This document shows positions 42,319-52,196 of a stretch of 64,000 nucleotides of DNA, in pieces. The notes under the pieces are model-generated. The model worked only from the letters and a program-made list of their open reading frames with translations, was not told where the DNA came from and did no database searches. Positions within the stretch are counted from its first letter, which is position 1. Every line of letters begins with the position of its first letter. Source of the stretch: an uncultured Candidatus Binatia bacterium (GTDB lineage Bacteria > Desulfobacterota > Binatia > UBA9968 > JAJDTQ01); assembly GCA_965213675.1 (NCBI GenBank), contig OZ243916.1, forward strand, positions 1,184,001 through 1,248,000, given 5' to 3'. The position numbers were made by a program, and so were the translations under genes.

Positions 42319-43239
42319 TCAATCGACGCCCCAGTCAAGCATCTTCTCGTGGCGCCAGGATGACGTTCTGCCATCCGGATACATCGTTGGAATTTCGGCC
42401 TGGTATCTTGATTTTCGGCCTGTCGGATCTTCTTCGGCAAAGACCGCGACCACGCGGGCTTCGACAGAACGCCGCCTTGGCGCATCCTCCCGTGTCGTTG
42501 GATCGTTGAAGGCGGTGTGAAAGGTGACCCGGGAGGCCAGATCCTTGATGCGGGAATCGTATTGCCTGAAGATCATCGCCTCGTTCGGCTCCATTCGTGG
42601 AAAGTAATGCCAGCTCTGGGCCATGTCATGAACAAGGCGGTACAATACCACGCGGGTGCCCGGCTCGGTCAGACGCCATCCCTCGGAACTGACCATGTCA
42701 TCGGCCGAGATGGTCGTATGGTCGCACAAGGCAAGGGGTTTTGACTCGATTGCCTGCAGGGGGTCTATGCTGCGCCAGACAGTGTAGACGCCGAAGTGGT
42801 GGCCATCAGGTATGTCGAGCACATCCTCGACATAGGGAGTCAGATCCGCGTGGGGCGTCTCCGCATAGGTTCCGGCGCCGTTGGGCGAAATTGGCACACC
42901 GGTGCGAAACTCGTGCTGCATGGTCCGTGCACAAAGGCATCCGGTTGCCGCCATGACCAGTTCCGCGCACTGGTCGTAGAATCGGGAAACGACATCGTCA
43001 TGATTGCCGTAATCCATATCAATCGGCGCATGTACCAGCTCGAACCCCATGCGCCCGATGGTGGCGGCCGGTTCGAGGGCACGCGCATCGTGAACGCGGA
43101 TCGGCTTGACAACGAGCATTTCCGAATGATCGGCCCCATCACCGTGGCATGGCAGCCGGAACCCCCGGTATCTCGGATTCACGAAGGCACTTTCCGAAAC
43201 AACAAACGGCGTATCGGGAAACAATGGCAGAGTTCTCAT
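42319..43239 (-). CDS. CmcJ/NvfI/AsaB-family non-heme iron oxygenase-like protein
   Basis: DARAL..GFELV, HAD, VWRSI, PLALCD, WHYFPRM, TFHTAF.DP, RRSVEAR. Confidence 0.8.
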   Translation of the reverse strand: MRTLPLFPDTPFVVSESAFVNPRYRGFRLPCHGDGADHSEMLVVKPIRVHDARALEPAATIGRMGFELVHAPIDMDYGNHDDVVSRFYDQCAELVMAATGCLCARTMQHEFRTGVPISPNGAGTYAETPHADLTPYVEDVLDIPDGHHFGVYTVWRSIDPLQAIESKPLALCDHTTISADDMVSSEGWRLTEPGTRVVLYRLVHDMAQSWHYFPRMEPNEAMIFRQYDSRIKDLASRVTFHTAFNDPTTREDAPRRRSVEARVVAVFAEEDPTGRKSRYQAEIPTMYPDGRTSSWRHEKMLDWGVD

Positions 43240-43391
43240 GGCGCTGACCCTGTCAAACTGTCTGGCGCAAGGCCAAGTCACGAAACTGGCCTTCTGCCGC
43301 CAGCAATTCGTCGTAGCTTCCGGTCTGCACAGATGTCAGATCCGGGCCAATGATGCCACGGTGCAATCCGGCGGCAAATCCCGCTGCCACA

Positions 43392-44906
43392 TCATGACGT
43401 CGGCAGGTCCTGGAATTCGGGCGGTTGTGCCTTGCAGTAATCGTCAATGAATTGCTGGTGGTCCGGAAACTCGTTCACCTGCTTGTCGACATTTTCGTGG
43501 ATGTCGGCCAGGTATTGCCCCAGTTCCTCGTCGCTCATCGCATTGGCAATCGGGTGATACTGTTCCGGAATCAGACCCTGACCCAGCATGACCTGTGCCC
43601 ATGACGTGGTGCCGAATAGTTCCGCCTGGTTCCACGCTATCCGGCCCGTTTGACGAAACAACTTGATCCGGTGTTCGAGGGAGTCGGGAATGTTCATGGT
43701 CCGGCACTGCCGCCAGAACAGCGTATCCGAGCGGTTGGTCACATGGTAGTGCAGGATGATGAAATCCCGGATATTGTCGATTTCAAGCTGCATGTGGGAA
43801 TTGAACTCTGCGATCCCGGCTTCGCGAATTCCGTTATCGGGGAACATCTGGACCAAGCGGGTGATGCCACGCTGAATGAGGTGGATGCTGGTCGATTCGA
43901 GCGGTTCGATGAAACCGGATGCCAGTCCCACGGCAACGCAGTTCTTGTGCCAGTACCTGTGCCTCTGGCCGGCTCTGAAACGGATCAGCCGCGGCTCTCC
44001 AAGCACCCGACCCTGCACATTGTCGAGCAGCCGCGCCCTTGCCTCGTCGTCGGACCAGTGCCGGGAGGAGAACACCATGCCGTTCCCGACCCGGTGCTGC
44101 AGCGGAATGCGCCATTGCCACCCCGCTTCATGGGCTATCGAGCGGGTATATGGTTGCGCGGCTCCCGACGATTCGGTTGGCACCGCGATTGCGCGGTCAC
44201 AGGGCAACCAGTCGCCATAATCATCGAAGCCGACGTCGAGGGTTTGCCCGATCAGGAGCCCGCGAAAGCCAGTGCAGTCGATGAACAGGTCCCCGGTGAC
44301 GAGTTGCCCGGATTGCAGGCGCAGACCGGTTATGAATCCACTGGCCGGATCCTGTTCCACCTGCTCAATGCGTCCTTCATGCCGGACAACGCCAAGCTCC
44401 TCGGCAATACCTCGCAGGAATTGTCCGTACAGTCCGGCATCAATATGATAGGCGTAGTTCAGAACGTTGTGCAGGCTGATTGCAAACCGGTTGCGCAGCG
44501 ACGCCGTTGTTTCCGGACAATAGTCGCCATAATCCCGGGCCAAGCCCAGCAAATGGCCCCTCAGCCAGTAATGCTGAAAGCCGGCGGTCCAGCGCTCCCT
44601 GCCGACCCACCCGAAGGAATGGAAATAGTCTTCGCCCAGGTCCCGCCAGTTCTCGAACGAAATTCCAAGCTTGAAGGTGCCCTGTACAGCCCGCAGGAAA
44701 TCAGTCTCCCTGACATCCATGTATTCGTGAAAAAGTCGCAGCGGTGGAATCGTTGCTTCACCCACGCCGACAGTACCGATCTCGTCGGATTCGACCAGGG
44801 CAATGTCCAGGGTTTCGCGGAGCTGCCGGGCAAACATTGCCGCAGCCATCCATCCGGCAGTCCCACCGCCGGCGATCACGAGTTTCCTGATTTTCCTATT
44901 GTGCAT
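43392..44906 (-). CDS. Flavin-dependent tryptophan-halogenase-family enzyme
   Basis: GGGTAG, GVGEATIP, catalytic Lys in TFKLGI, YAYH, WQWRIP, FIEPLESTS. Confidence 0.93.
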   Translation of the reverse strand: MHNRKIRKLVIAGGGTAGWMAAAMFARQLRETLDIALVESDEIGTVGVGEATIPPLRLFHEYMDVRETDFLRAVQGTFKLGISFENWRDLGEDYFHSFGWVGRERWTAGFQHYWLRGHLLGLARDYGDYCPETTASLRNRFAISLHNVLNYAYHIDAGLYGQFLRGIAEELGVVRHEGRIEQVEQDPASGFITGLRLQSGQLVTGDLFIDCTGFRGLLIGQTLDVGFDDYGDWLPCDRAIAVPTESSGAAQPYTRSIAHEAGWQWRIPLQHRVGNGMVFSSRHWSDDEARARLLDNVQGRVLGEPRLIRFRAGQRHRYWHKNCVAVGLASGFIEPLESTSIHLIQRGITRLVQMFPDNGIREAGIAEFNSHMQLEIDNIRDFIILHYHVTNRSDTLFWRQCRTMNIPDSLEHRIKLFRQTGRIAWNQAELFGTTSWAQVMLGQGLIPEQYHPIANAMSDEELGQYLADIHENVDKQVNEFPDHQQFIDDYCKAQPPEFQDLPTS

Positions 44907-45325
44907 AACCTGCCTCTGGACGGTCGAGTTGGCGCATTCGCGCCATTGCCGGACCTGGTACAGGGCGGTTCAGTGTGGACAAAATCTGCAGTCTGACATA
45001 CGAGGCATCGACCAGACCCGGAAGTCTGGGACCGGGCAGCATGGGAATGCCGACACATGTGATGCTCAAAATGTCGATTCCGATCTCGAGTTCGGCATCC
45101 GGAGCATGTCAATGCCGATTTCGGCTCTGACGACAAATCAGGGATGACCGGCGGCCCAACGGATCGCCGCAGCCTGACACAAAATTGGCGCGCACCCATG
45201 ACCGGCAGCGCTGGCGGATGGAAGTCCCGCTGGAAGAGACGGCAACTCACCCGAAAGGAATGGTGCAGACTCCAGGCCGGTCTGACCCGGTCGGCATGGA
45301 CAGAGTATCGCGTGCAATGCCCGGT

Positions 45326-45516
45326 TCAACTCAGTCGCGACAATTCGGGAATGGCACCGCTGTCTTCAAGGACATGGATGGCGATGCCGTCCCGAACCGA
45401 AAGCCCGGTTGCGTCCTTGATGGCTGCCTTCGGGTCATTCAGAGCCGGGTGCGGAATTCTCCGTCCTCGTCGGCCCTGGCAAGCGCCTGTGCCTAGATCT
45501 GTGACGGTGAGTTCAT
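45326..45516 (-). pseudogene. Second, inactivated NHLP precursor copy
   Basis: MNSPSQI*AQALARADEDGEFRTRL, 1-nt deletion, NDPKAAIKDATGLSVRDGIAIHVLED, then truncated; upstream TGTTCAGAGAA also duplicated. Confidence 0.85.
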
Positions 45517-45620
45517 GTCCGTTCGCCCTGTTCTCTGAACATTGGCACGACGGCATTGCTTGGCAGGAAGAATGCCTCCGGCAGAAAATCAGCAGATCAC
45601 TGCCGGAGACCCGACAATAC

Positions 45621-45881
45621 TCACCAAGTGTTGATGTCACCAATCCCGCCGGCAACGCCCCTGATTTCCTCATCCGACAGGTTGCGGCCCGCCGGTGGCA
45701 GGACGAGGTGATAGTCGGTGGCGTTGTCTTCAACGACATGAATATTGATGCCGTCCGGAACCGAAAGCCCGGTTGCCTCCTTGATGGCTGCCTTCGGGTC
45801 ATTCAGGAGCCGGGTGCGGAATTCTCCGTCCTCGTCAGCCCTGGCAAGTACCTGCGCCTCGACTTGTGATTGTGTGCTCAT
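45621..45881 (-). CDS. NHLP (nitrile-hydratase-like leader) proteusin precursor; predicted core IGDINTW
   Basis: RADEDGEFRTRLLNDPKAAI, IHVVED, HLVLP, LSDEEIRGVAGG double-glycine leader end; AGGGGG RBS. Confidence 0.92.
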   Translation of the reverse strand: MSTQSQVEAQVLARADEDGEFRTRLLNDPKAAIKEATGLSVPDGINIHVVEDNATDYHLVLPPAGRNLSDEEIRGVAGGIGDINTW

Positions 45882-45954
45882 GTCTGTTCCCCCTATTCTC
45901 TGAACATCGCCATAGCGACGTTACGTCCTGCCGTTTTCCACGCCCATTGAACTT

Positions 45955-45983
45955 AATTTACTTTAAGTCATTGTTCGAGTCAA
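45955..45983 (-). promoter_or_regulatory. Sigma70-type promoter upstream of the NHLP precursor
   Basis: Minus strand TTGACT, 17-bp spacer, TAAATT. Confidence 0.6.
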
Positions 45984-46113
45984 AGTCTTTCCAAAGACAA
46001 ATGAGTCTGAAGGAGGAGGTGGACTCCAAGGAGCGGTGAGCCTGAAGACTGGGGATGGGGCAAGATGGGAGTGCGCAAATACTTGGGCTACGGGGGAACT
46101 CCTCACGGGCCTT

Positions 46114-47430
46114 CTAATCCGCCGGCCCTTCCGGCCTCAACTCCCGCACCCCCTGGTTGGCGACCGCGGTGATCCCCACCACCGCGAGCATCGAGACTCC
46201 GCTCAGGATCACGGCGGACGGGGCGCCGGCGAGGCCGCCGAGGAACGCGCCCAGGTGGTCCCGGGACAGGCCGGCCACGGCGCCCATCTGCAGTTGCCCC
46301 AGCGGGAGGACGACGCTGTAGTTCATGCCCCAGATGGCCATGACCCGGCCGCGGTACTGGTCGGGCACGCGGGTCTGAACCGAGGTCTGGGTGCTCACCA
46401 TGAAGAAGGAGAGGCCGACGCCGGCCATCAACAGCATGCCCAATGCCAGCGGAAAGGCGCCGGAAAAACCGAACAGCGTGAGGAAGAAGGCATGGATTCC
46501 GGCGCCCAGAAGAATCAGCCATCCGCGCTTCGGGAAGTAACCGAGGTTGGCGGCCACCAGGGCGCCGAGCAGGGCGCCGATGCCGCTGACCACGTACAGG
46601 GTACCCAGGGTGGAGCCGTCGCCGCGGAACACGACGTCGGCGAAGACCGGCAGGAGCGCAGTGTGGGACGCCAGAAAGAAGATGTCCAGGTAGTTCAGTC
46701 CGATGAGGGAGCGGAAGAGCTTGCGGGTCCAGACGAACGAGAGCCCCCCCAGGAGAGTGCGGATGAAATTGCCGCCGCGGGTGCGTTCGATGAACGGCAC
46801 CCGTACAGGAAGGAGCAACAGGCCGAACGCCAGGTAGGTCGCCGCGGCTACGTAGTAGGCGGCGCCGGCGCCGGACAGGGGGGCGCCGGTGTAGTCCGCC
46901 ACGTAGTCGATGGTGAACCCCGCCAGCGCGGGTCCGAAGATGCGCGTCCCCGGCCAGATCATGGAATTGAGGCTCACCGCGTTCATCAGGTGGGAGCGAT
47001 CCAGGAGGTGCGGGAAGAGCGCCTGGCGGGCGGGATGGTCGAAGGCCTGTATGCCGCCGTGGATGGCGGCAACGGCGAACACGTGCCAGACCTGCACCAG
47101 TCCGGTGGTTACCAGCGTGGCCAGCACCAGCAGCAGGAGCGCGGTGACGTACTGGAGCAGCATGAGGAAGCGCCGGAGCTCCAGCTTGTCGGCGGCGGCG
47201 CCGCCGAAGAGCGTCAGGGCTATCGCCGGGGCGGCGGCCACCAGACCCAGGGCGCCCAGCACATACTCGGACCCCGTCAACTCCCAGGCCAGCCACCCGT
47301 GCGCGAGGATCAGCATCTGGTGGCCGGCCACCGCGGTGAGGTGCCCGAACCAGTAGAGCCGGAAGCTGCGGTACCGGAGGACGCGGAAGACGTGCAGCTT
47401 GTCGCCGATGCGTGTGAGGAGGTGGTTCAT
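46114..47430 (-). CDS. MFS transporter (EntS/MFS_3-like)
   Basis: FRLYWFG, WELTGS, FDHPARQA, NAVSLNS, RIFGPALAG, VPDQYRGRVM. Confidence 0.9.
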   Translation of the reverse strand: MNHLLTRIGDKLHVFRVLRYRSFRLYWFGHLTAVAGHQMLILAHGWLAWELTGSEYVLGALGLVAAAPAIALTLFGGAAADKLELRRFLMLLQYVTALLLLVLATLVTTGLVQVWHVFAVAAIHGGIQAFDHPARQALFPHLLDRSHLMNAVSLNSMIWPGTRIFGPALAGFTIDYVADYTGAPLSGAGAAYYVAAATYLAFGLLLLPVRVPFIERTRGGNFIRTLLGGLSFVWTRKLFRSLIGLNYLDIFFLASHTALLPVFADVVFRGDGSTLGTLYVVSGIGALLGALVAANLGYFPKRGWLILLGAGIHAFFLTLFGFSGAFPLALGMLLMAGVGLSFFMVSTQTSVQTRVPDQYRGRVMAIWGMNYSVVLPLGQLQMGAVAGLSRDHLGAFLGGLAGAPSAVILSGVSMLAVVGITAVANQGVRELRPEGPAD

Positions 47431-47470
47431 GGGGACCAGTGAGCGGGTGCCGGGGACCCCTCTCCGGCCC

Positions 47471-47498
47471 CTGGATTCCCGCTTTCGCGGGAATGACG
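47471..47498. repeat. REP-like palindrome family A, minimal unit
   Basis: CTGGATTCCCGCTTTCGCGGGAATGACG. Confidence 0.75.
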
Positions 47499-47618
47499 AA
47501 TTCAGGGCTGCGGCACGTAACTCACGGCATGGCGATGACGGCTACGCGGCGCTCACCTCAAAAAGAAGGCCCCTCATCTACATGAGGAGCCTTCCCGGAT
47601 TTCGGCCTTTGATGACAG

Positions 47619-48485
47619 CTACAGCTTGACCAGATCCGAGTAGCTGGCCTGGGAGTCGGGCTTGAGGCCGTACCCGGCCATCCAGTTACGGGCCCGGTCG
47701 AACTCCTCCTCGGTGTAGTCTTCCGGATAGACGTAGTCGAGCCGGTTGAGGTTCAGGTCCTCGAACTTGAAATCGCCGATCAGGTCCTCGGGGATGTCGC
47801 GCAACAGGAGCGCGGCGTGTTTCTTGAGGTCCGAGTTGATCTCGTCCACGGAACGGCGGAGTGCGCGGAAGATCGCCTCCCGGGTGTCCTCGGCGTCGTC
47901 GCTGTTGACGAACAGCAGCCCCCAGTACTTGGACTCGGCCAGCACGCGGCAACCGCGTTTCTCGGCCAGACTGATGAAGGGCTCCATGAGGGTCGCAGCC
48001 TCGACTTCGCCGTTGAGCAGCATGCGGGTGCGGATGGCGGGTCCGCCGTCGTGCCGAAGCCGCACCCGGTCCTTGTCGCAGTGGCCTTCGAGCATCTTGT
48101 AGGTCATGTAGTGGGAGCCGGTCTGATCCTGAATCGATAGGGGCACGTCGGCGAGGTCGTCGAGCCGGTGATAGTTGGAATCGCCCCTGACGACGATGGC
48201 CATGGTGGCCACGCTCTCGCGGCGTCCGAGGATCCAGCCGTCGCGCTCGCCGTCGGCGGCGCGCTTGATGACGCCCCATTCGCACTTGTTGTAGCCTTCG
48301 AGGTCGCCGCACTCGTAGTCCGAGGCGATGGGACGCTCGAACACGCCGGCGGGCTGGAGCTGCGAGTCGGGTGTCATCACCTCGGCGTCGATGCCTTCGG
48401 CGGCCATGAATCCCTTTTCCACGCCCACGTCCCAAGGCAGGGTCCACACGGTTCCTTCACTGGTAACTCTGATCTTGCGAGACAT
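47619..48485 (-). CDS. NMT1-like ABC substrate-binding protein
   Basis: LPWDVGVEKGFMAAEGID, LDDLADVP, GEVEAATLMEP; GGAGG RBS. Confidence 0.75.
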   Translation of the reverse strand: MSRKIRVTSEGTVWTLPWDVGVEKGFMAAEGIDAEVMTPDSQLQPAGVFERPIASDYECGDLEGYNKCEWGVIKRAADGERDGWILGRRESVATMAIVVRGDSNYHRLDDLADVPLSIQDQTGSHYMTYKMLEGHCDKDRVRLRHDGGPAIRTRMLLNGEVEAATLMEPFISLAEKRGCRVLAESKYWGLLFVNSDDAEDTREAIFRALRRSVDEINSDLKKHAALLLRDIPEDLIGDFKFEDLNLNRLDYVYPEDYTEEEFDRARNWMAGYGLKPDSQASYSDLVKL

Positions 48486-48594
48486 AATGACCTGACCTCC
48501 GAGTGTACTTGATGATGTCAGGAGACTAGCATACCGGCTCCGATGATGGAACAATTCCAGGTCGAACCCACATCCCAGTCAAGGAGACTTCTGC

Positions 48595-49593
48595 ATGCAT
48601 ACCTGTGCCATCGACATTCACCACCACTACATGCCTCCGGGCCTGATCGAGGAGTTGAAGGCCCACGGCGACGCCGTGGGCACGGAAGTGGGTCGGACGC
48701 CGCAGGGGCTCCACACCGTCACCATCGGCGGCGGGCCGAGCTTCGTGGTGCCGCCGCCGCTCATGGACGTGGAAAAGCGGCTGGAGAATATGGACAAGGG
48801 CAGGATCGCCCTGGCGACGCTGGAGCCGCACACCGCATGTCTCGGCTACCGGCTGAACCCGGAGCAGGGAGAAACCTGGTGCAATCTCTACAACGAGGGC
48901 CTGATGGAGCTGAGGACGCGCCACCCGGACCGCTTCACCGCGCTGGCGGCGGTGCCGTTGCAGGACCCCGAGCGGGCCGCCCGGGTGCTGGAGCGCGGCA
49001 TCCTCGAGCATAAGCTGGCGGGGGCCTACATCGGCACCAACGTCAACGGCGAGTACTACCGGAGCCGCGAATTCGATGCCTTCTGGGGCAAGGCGCAGGA
49101 ACTGGACGCCCTCATCGTCATGCACCCTGAGGACATCGCCGGGCTCGAGCGCATGGGCGCCTACGGCCTGTTCCTGATCTGCGGCAACCCCGCTGATACC
49201 GCCCTGTCGTTGGGGTTCATGACCTACAGCGGCGTGTTCGACCGGTTTCCCGACCTGAAGCTCTGCACGCTGCACGGCGGCGGGTTCTTCCCGTACCACC
49301 TGGGACGTTTCGACCAGGGCTTTGGGGTGCGGCCCGGGGCGGCGGACGCCGAGGCCCTGGAAAAGCCCAGCGCGTACCTGAAGAATCTCTACTCCGACGC
49401 GCTGGTGTACCGGGTCGACACCCTGGAGTACCTCAAAAGCCTGCTTGGGTGGGAGCACCTGATGGTCGGCACCGACTACCCCTATCCGCTGGGGGACTGG
49501 AGCGCGGTGGAGAAGGTCGAGGCGCTGGACTGCCCGGAGGAGGAGAAGCTGGCGATCCTGGAGGGGAATGCGCGGAGGCTGCTGAAGCTGTAG
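48595..49593 (+). CDS. Amidohydrolase_2 (ACMSD-like decarboxylase/hydratase)
   Basis: IDIHHH, VPLQDP, VMHP, HGGG.FPY, GTDYPY. Confidence 0.9.
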   Translation: MHTCAIDIHHHYMPPGLIEELKAHGDAVGTEVGRTPQGLHTVTIGGGPSFVVPPPLMDVEKRLENMDKGRIALATLEPHTACLGYRLNPEQGETWCNLYNEGLMELRTRHPDRFTALAAVPLQDPERAARVLERGILEHKLAGAYIGTNVNGEYYRSREFDAFWGKAQELDALIVMHPEDIAGLERMGAYGLFLICGNPADTALSLGFMTYSGVFDRFPDLKLCTLHGGGFFPYHLGRFDQGFGVRPGAADAEALEKPSAYLKNLYSDALVYRVDTLEYLKSLLGWEHLMVGTDYPYPLGDWSAVEKVEALDCPEEEKLAILEGNARRLLKL

Positions 49594-49646
49594 GAGTTCG
49601 GCGCCTTCGAAGCGGTGGCGCCTCGAATCCCGTCATTCCTGCGCTG

Positions 49647-49803
49647 CCTCCGTCATTGCCGCGAAAGCTTGCCCTCGACCCCGATCGGGGGCGGGAATCC
49701 AGGAGTGGCGAGGTGGGGAAACGCCGCTGGGCGCCGCTCCACCGCCCCTGGATTCCCGCCCCCGATCGGGGTCGAGGGCAAGCTTTCGCGGGAATGACGG
49801 AGG
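49647..49803. repeat. Inverted pair of extended family-A REP units between convergent genes
   Basis: About 56-bp arms CCTCCGTCATT...GGAATCCAGG / CCTGGATTCC...AATGACGGAGG. Confidence 0.8.
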
Positions 49804-49847
49804 GTGGACCGAATGACGGTGACTAGGCGGGTTTGTCCAGGTCGTTC

Positions 49848-52061
49848 CTACCCCGTCGGCCAGAGGCCGAAGGGCGACTCGGGCCAGACGATGTGGAGGG
49901 CGAAGTCGTAGAAGCCGACGATCAGCGCCAGGAATGCGAGGGCGATCCCTGCGGAAACCAGCCAGCCGGCCTTGCCATAGTACATCAGGTAGAGGAAGAG
50001 CATTCCCGGCAGGGCCACGTGCACGCCGATGAGCCAGATGGCCACGTACATGAGCGCAGTGAAGCCGAAGATGCGCGCGAACCGCCAGCCTTCGGTCTTG
50101 GGGTCTTCCCCGAGAATGAAGCCCGTGTCCATGATGTCGCCTTCCTCGATGCGCCTCTCCGGGGTGCCCCTCAACAGGGTCCACACCCGGATCAGCCAGA
50201 ACGGCGTCCCCACCAGCACCGCGAGCCTCGGCATCAGGTCGGCGCCTTCCGGATAACTGAACGAATCGATGAACATGTAGAGGAAGAACGCGCCCACCGC
50301 GAGCAGGAGGACGGCCTCTCCGGCGGCCTCGAGGGTAAAGCGGCGCCTGGGCGGAGTGTCCCCATCCCTGTCGCCGGCTGCCGGTGATTCCGCCGCGGCA
50401 TCCCGGGCTGCCGCATCGTCCAGACCCTCCCGGGCGCCGGCGGCGGCATCTCCCGCAACCGCCGCGCTTCCCTGCCCCGGTGCGCCGCCCTCCGCCGTCA
50501 CGTCTCCCTGCCCCCGCCTGCCACCTGCCGCCGCCACCCGCACGGACTCCTCCCCATCGGTCATGGACATCATGGCCCGCCGCGCTCCGCGCTGGGCGCG
50601 CAGGCTGAACACCGTCACCGCGACCATGAATGCGAGGATGACCAGGAACTGCGGCCGCAGGAGCATTCCCCAGCCGTAGTTGCTCACCGAGATCCACAGG
50701 AACCGCTCCAGGATGTCCGCCAGGGCCACGGCGATGAGAATGGGCGGCCTGGGCCAGCCGTAGCGCTTCATGAAGACGCCCAGCAGGCCGAAGGCCAGCA
50801 CGGCCCCCAGGTCGCCCAGGGAGCTACTGGCCGCCAGCGCCGCCAGGGAGACGATGCCCACCACCACGGGCGCAAGGATGTTGGGCGGGATCACCGCGAT
50901 GCGGCACAGGGTCGGCGCGAAGGCCAACATGATGGGCACGACGATGAGGTTGGCGAAGGCGATGGTGTAGACCATGCTCACGGTGAGGTCGAGGTGCCGC
51001 GTGAGCATGAGCGGTCCCGGGGTGATACCGGTGAGGATGAGGATGGCAAGGACAATGGCCATGCCGCCGCTGCCCGGTATGCCGAACACCACCGTGGGGA
51101 TGAGCACGCCCCCGTCCACCGAGTTGTTGGCGGCGTCGGAGGCGATGACGCCCCGTACGTCGCCCTTGCCGAAGGTCTCGGTGCCGCCGGGCTCGGTCTG
51201 GCGCGCCTGGGCGTAGGCAATCCAATGGGCGGCGCTGCCGCCCACCCCGGGCATGATGCCCACGAACACGCCGATGAGCGACGAGCGCGCCATCAGCCAC
51301 TTGTGGTTCCAGGCCTCCCGCATGCCGCGCCACACGTCCGACTTGGCCTCCCGCAAAAGCGTGTCCAGCCGGGCCCGGGCGATGGTGGTGTCCCCCACCA
51401 CCAGGGCGATGGCCTCGGGCAACGCGAACAGGCCGACTACCACCGGCACCAGCCCGAACCCGTCCCACAGGTAGAAGTCGAACCCCATGGCGGCGCGCAC
51501 GTTGCCGCCCAGGTCCGCGTAGCCCACCATGGCGATGGCGATGCCGAAAGCCGCGGTGAGGATGCCCTTGACGAAGGCGCCGGCGCTCACCACGGCCACC
51601 GCCAGCACGCCCATGAGGGTCAGCAGGAAGAACTCCGCCGAGCCGAACCACTCCAGCAACTGCCGGCTCACCGGCAGCGCCAGCAGCAGCGCCACGGCGC
51701 CGATGACGCCGCCCACGATGGTGGTGGTGTAGCTCGCGCCCAAGGCCACTCCGGCCAGGCCTTGCTGGGCCATGGGATAGCCGTCCAGCACCGTGGCCTG
51801 GGCCGAGCGGGCGCCGGGAACGCCGAACAGGATGGCGGGGATGGGCTCGGTGATGTCGCTGGCCGCCATGTGGAACACCACGATGGTGATGGCGACCCAG
51901 GGGTCGAGGTGGACCGCTAGACTCAGGACCACCACGGACACCGGCAGTCCGCCTCCGGGCATGAGCCCGGAGAACAGCGCTACCGGCAGCACCAGGAGCA
52001 TCGCCAGAAGCGGTCCCGGCGAGAACAGATGAAAGAAGGCGTCAACCGAAGCTTCGAGCAT
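49848..52061 (-). CDS. Tripartite tricarboxylate transporter permease TctA with fused TctB-like C-terminus
   Basis: ILFGVPG, ATVLDGYPMAQQG, VGIMPGVG, ANNS, FGIPGS; Gly/Ala linker followed by a 4-TM TctB-like domain. Confidence 0.9.
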   Translation of the reverse strand: MLEASVDAFFHLFSPGPLLAMLLVLPVALFSGLMPGGGLPVSVVVLSLAVHLDPWVAITIVVFHMAASDITEPIPAILFGVPGARSAQATVLDGYPMAQQGLAGVALGASYTTTIVGGVIGAVALLLALPVSRQLLEWFGSAEFFLLTLMGVLAVAVVSAGAFVKGILTAAFGIAIAMVGYADLGGNVRAAMGFDFYLWDGFGLVPVVVGLFALPEAIALVVGDTTIARARLDTLLREAKSDVWRGMREAWNHKWLMARSSLIGVFVGIMPGVGGSAAHWIAYAQARQTEPGGTETFGKGDVRGVIASDAANNSVDGGVLIPTVVFGIPGSGGMAIVLAILILTGITPGPLMLTRHLDLTVSMVYTIAFANLIVVPIMLAFAPTLCRIAVIPPNILAPVVVGIVSLAALAASSSLGDLGAVLAFGLLGVFMKRYGWPRPPILIAVALADILERFLWISVSNYGWGMLLRPQFLVILAFMVAVTVFSLRAQRGARRAMMSMTDGEESVRVAAAGGRRGQGDVTAEGGAPGQGSAAVAGDAAAGAREGLDDAAARDAAAESPAAGDRDGDTPPRRRFTLEAAGEAVLLLAVGAFFLYMFIDSFSYPEGADLMPRLAVLVGTPFWLIRVWTLLRGTPERRIEEGDIMDTGFILGEDPKTEGWRFARIFGFTALMYVAIWLIGVHVALPGMLFLYLMYYGKAGWLVSAGIALAFLALIVGFYDFALHIVWPESPFGLWPTG

Positions 52062-52137
52062 CAAGCCTCCCGGCGACGGACCCGTGTTCCGGAATTCGGT
52101 TCAGGAACGCCGGCCGCCTGCGCTACGGTGGACCCCT

Positions 52138-52165
52138 GCGGGGGCGACCGGCCGATCGCCCCCGC
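52138..52165. repeat. REP-like palindrome family B
   Basis: GCGGGGGCGACCGGCCGATCGCCCCCGC. Confidence 0.7.
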
Positions 52166-52196
52166 GTCGCTACAACCAAGTCACCCGGACGGGCTC

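Noticed and set aside
44910-45320. Gap between the NHLP pseudogene and the halogenase, considered as an additional RiPP gene
   Set aside because: No convincing ORF or motif in any frame. It may be a decayed gene, but this cannot be supported without a tBLASTn/BLASTx search.
45493-45495. In-frame TAG in the second NHLP copy considered as pyrrolysine or readthrough
   Set aside because: The same copy also has a frameshift and lacks the GG motif and core, so it is a pseudogene.
26580-46030. Accessory region considered as a prophage or ICE
   Set aside because: No integrase, phage structural, conjugation or tRNA-att features were seen.
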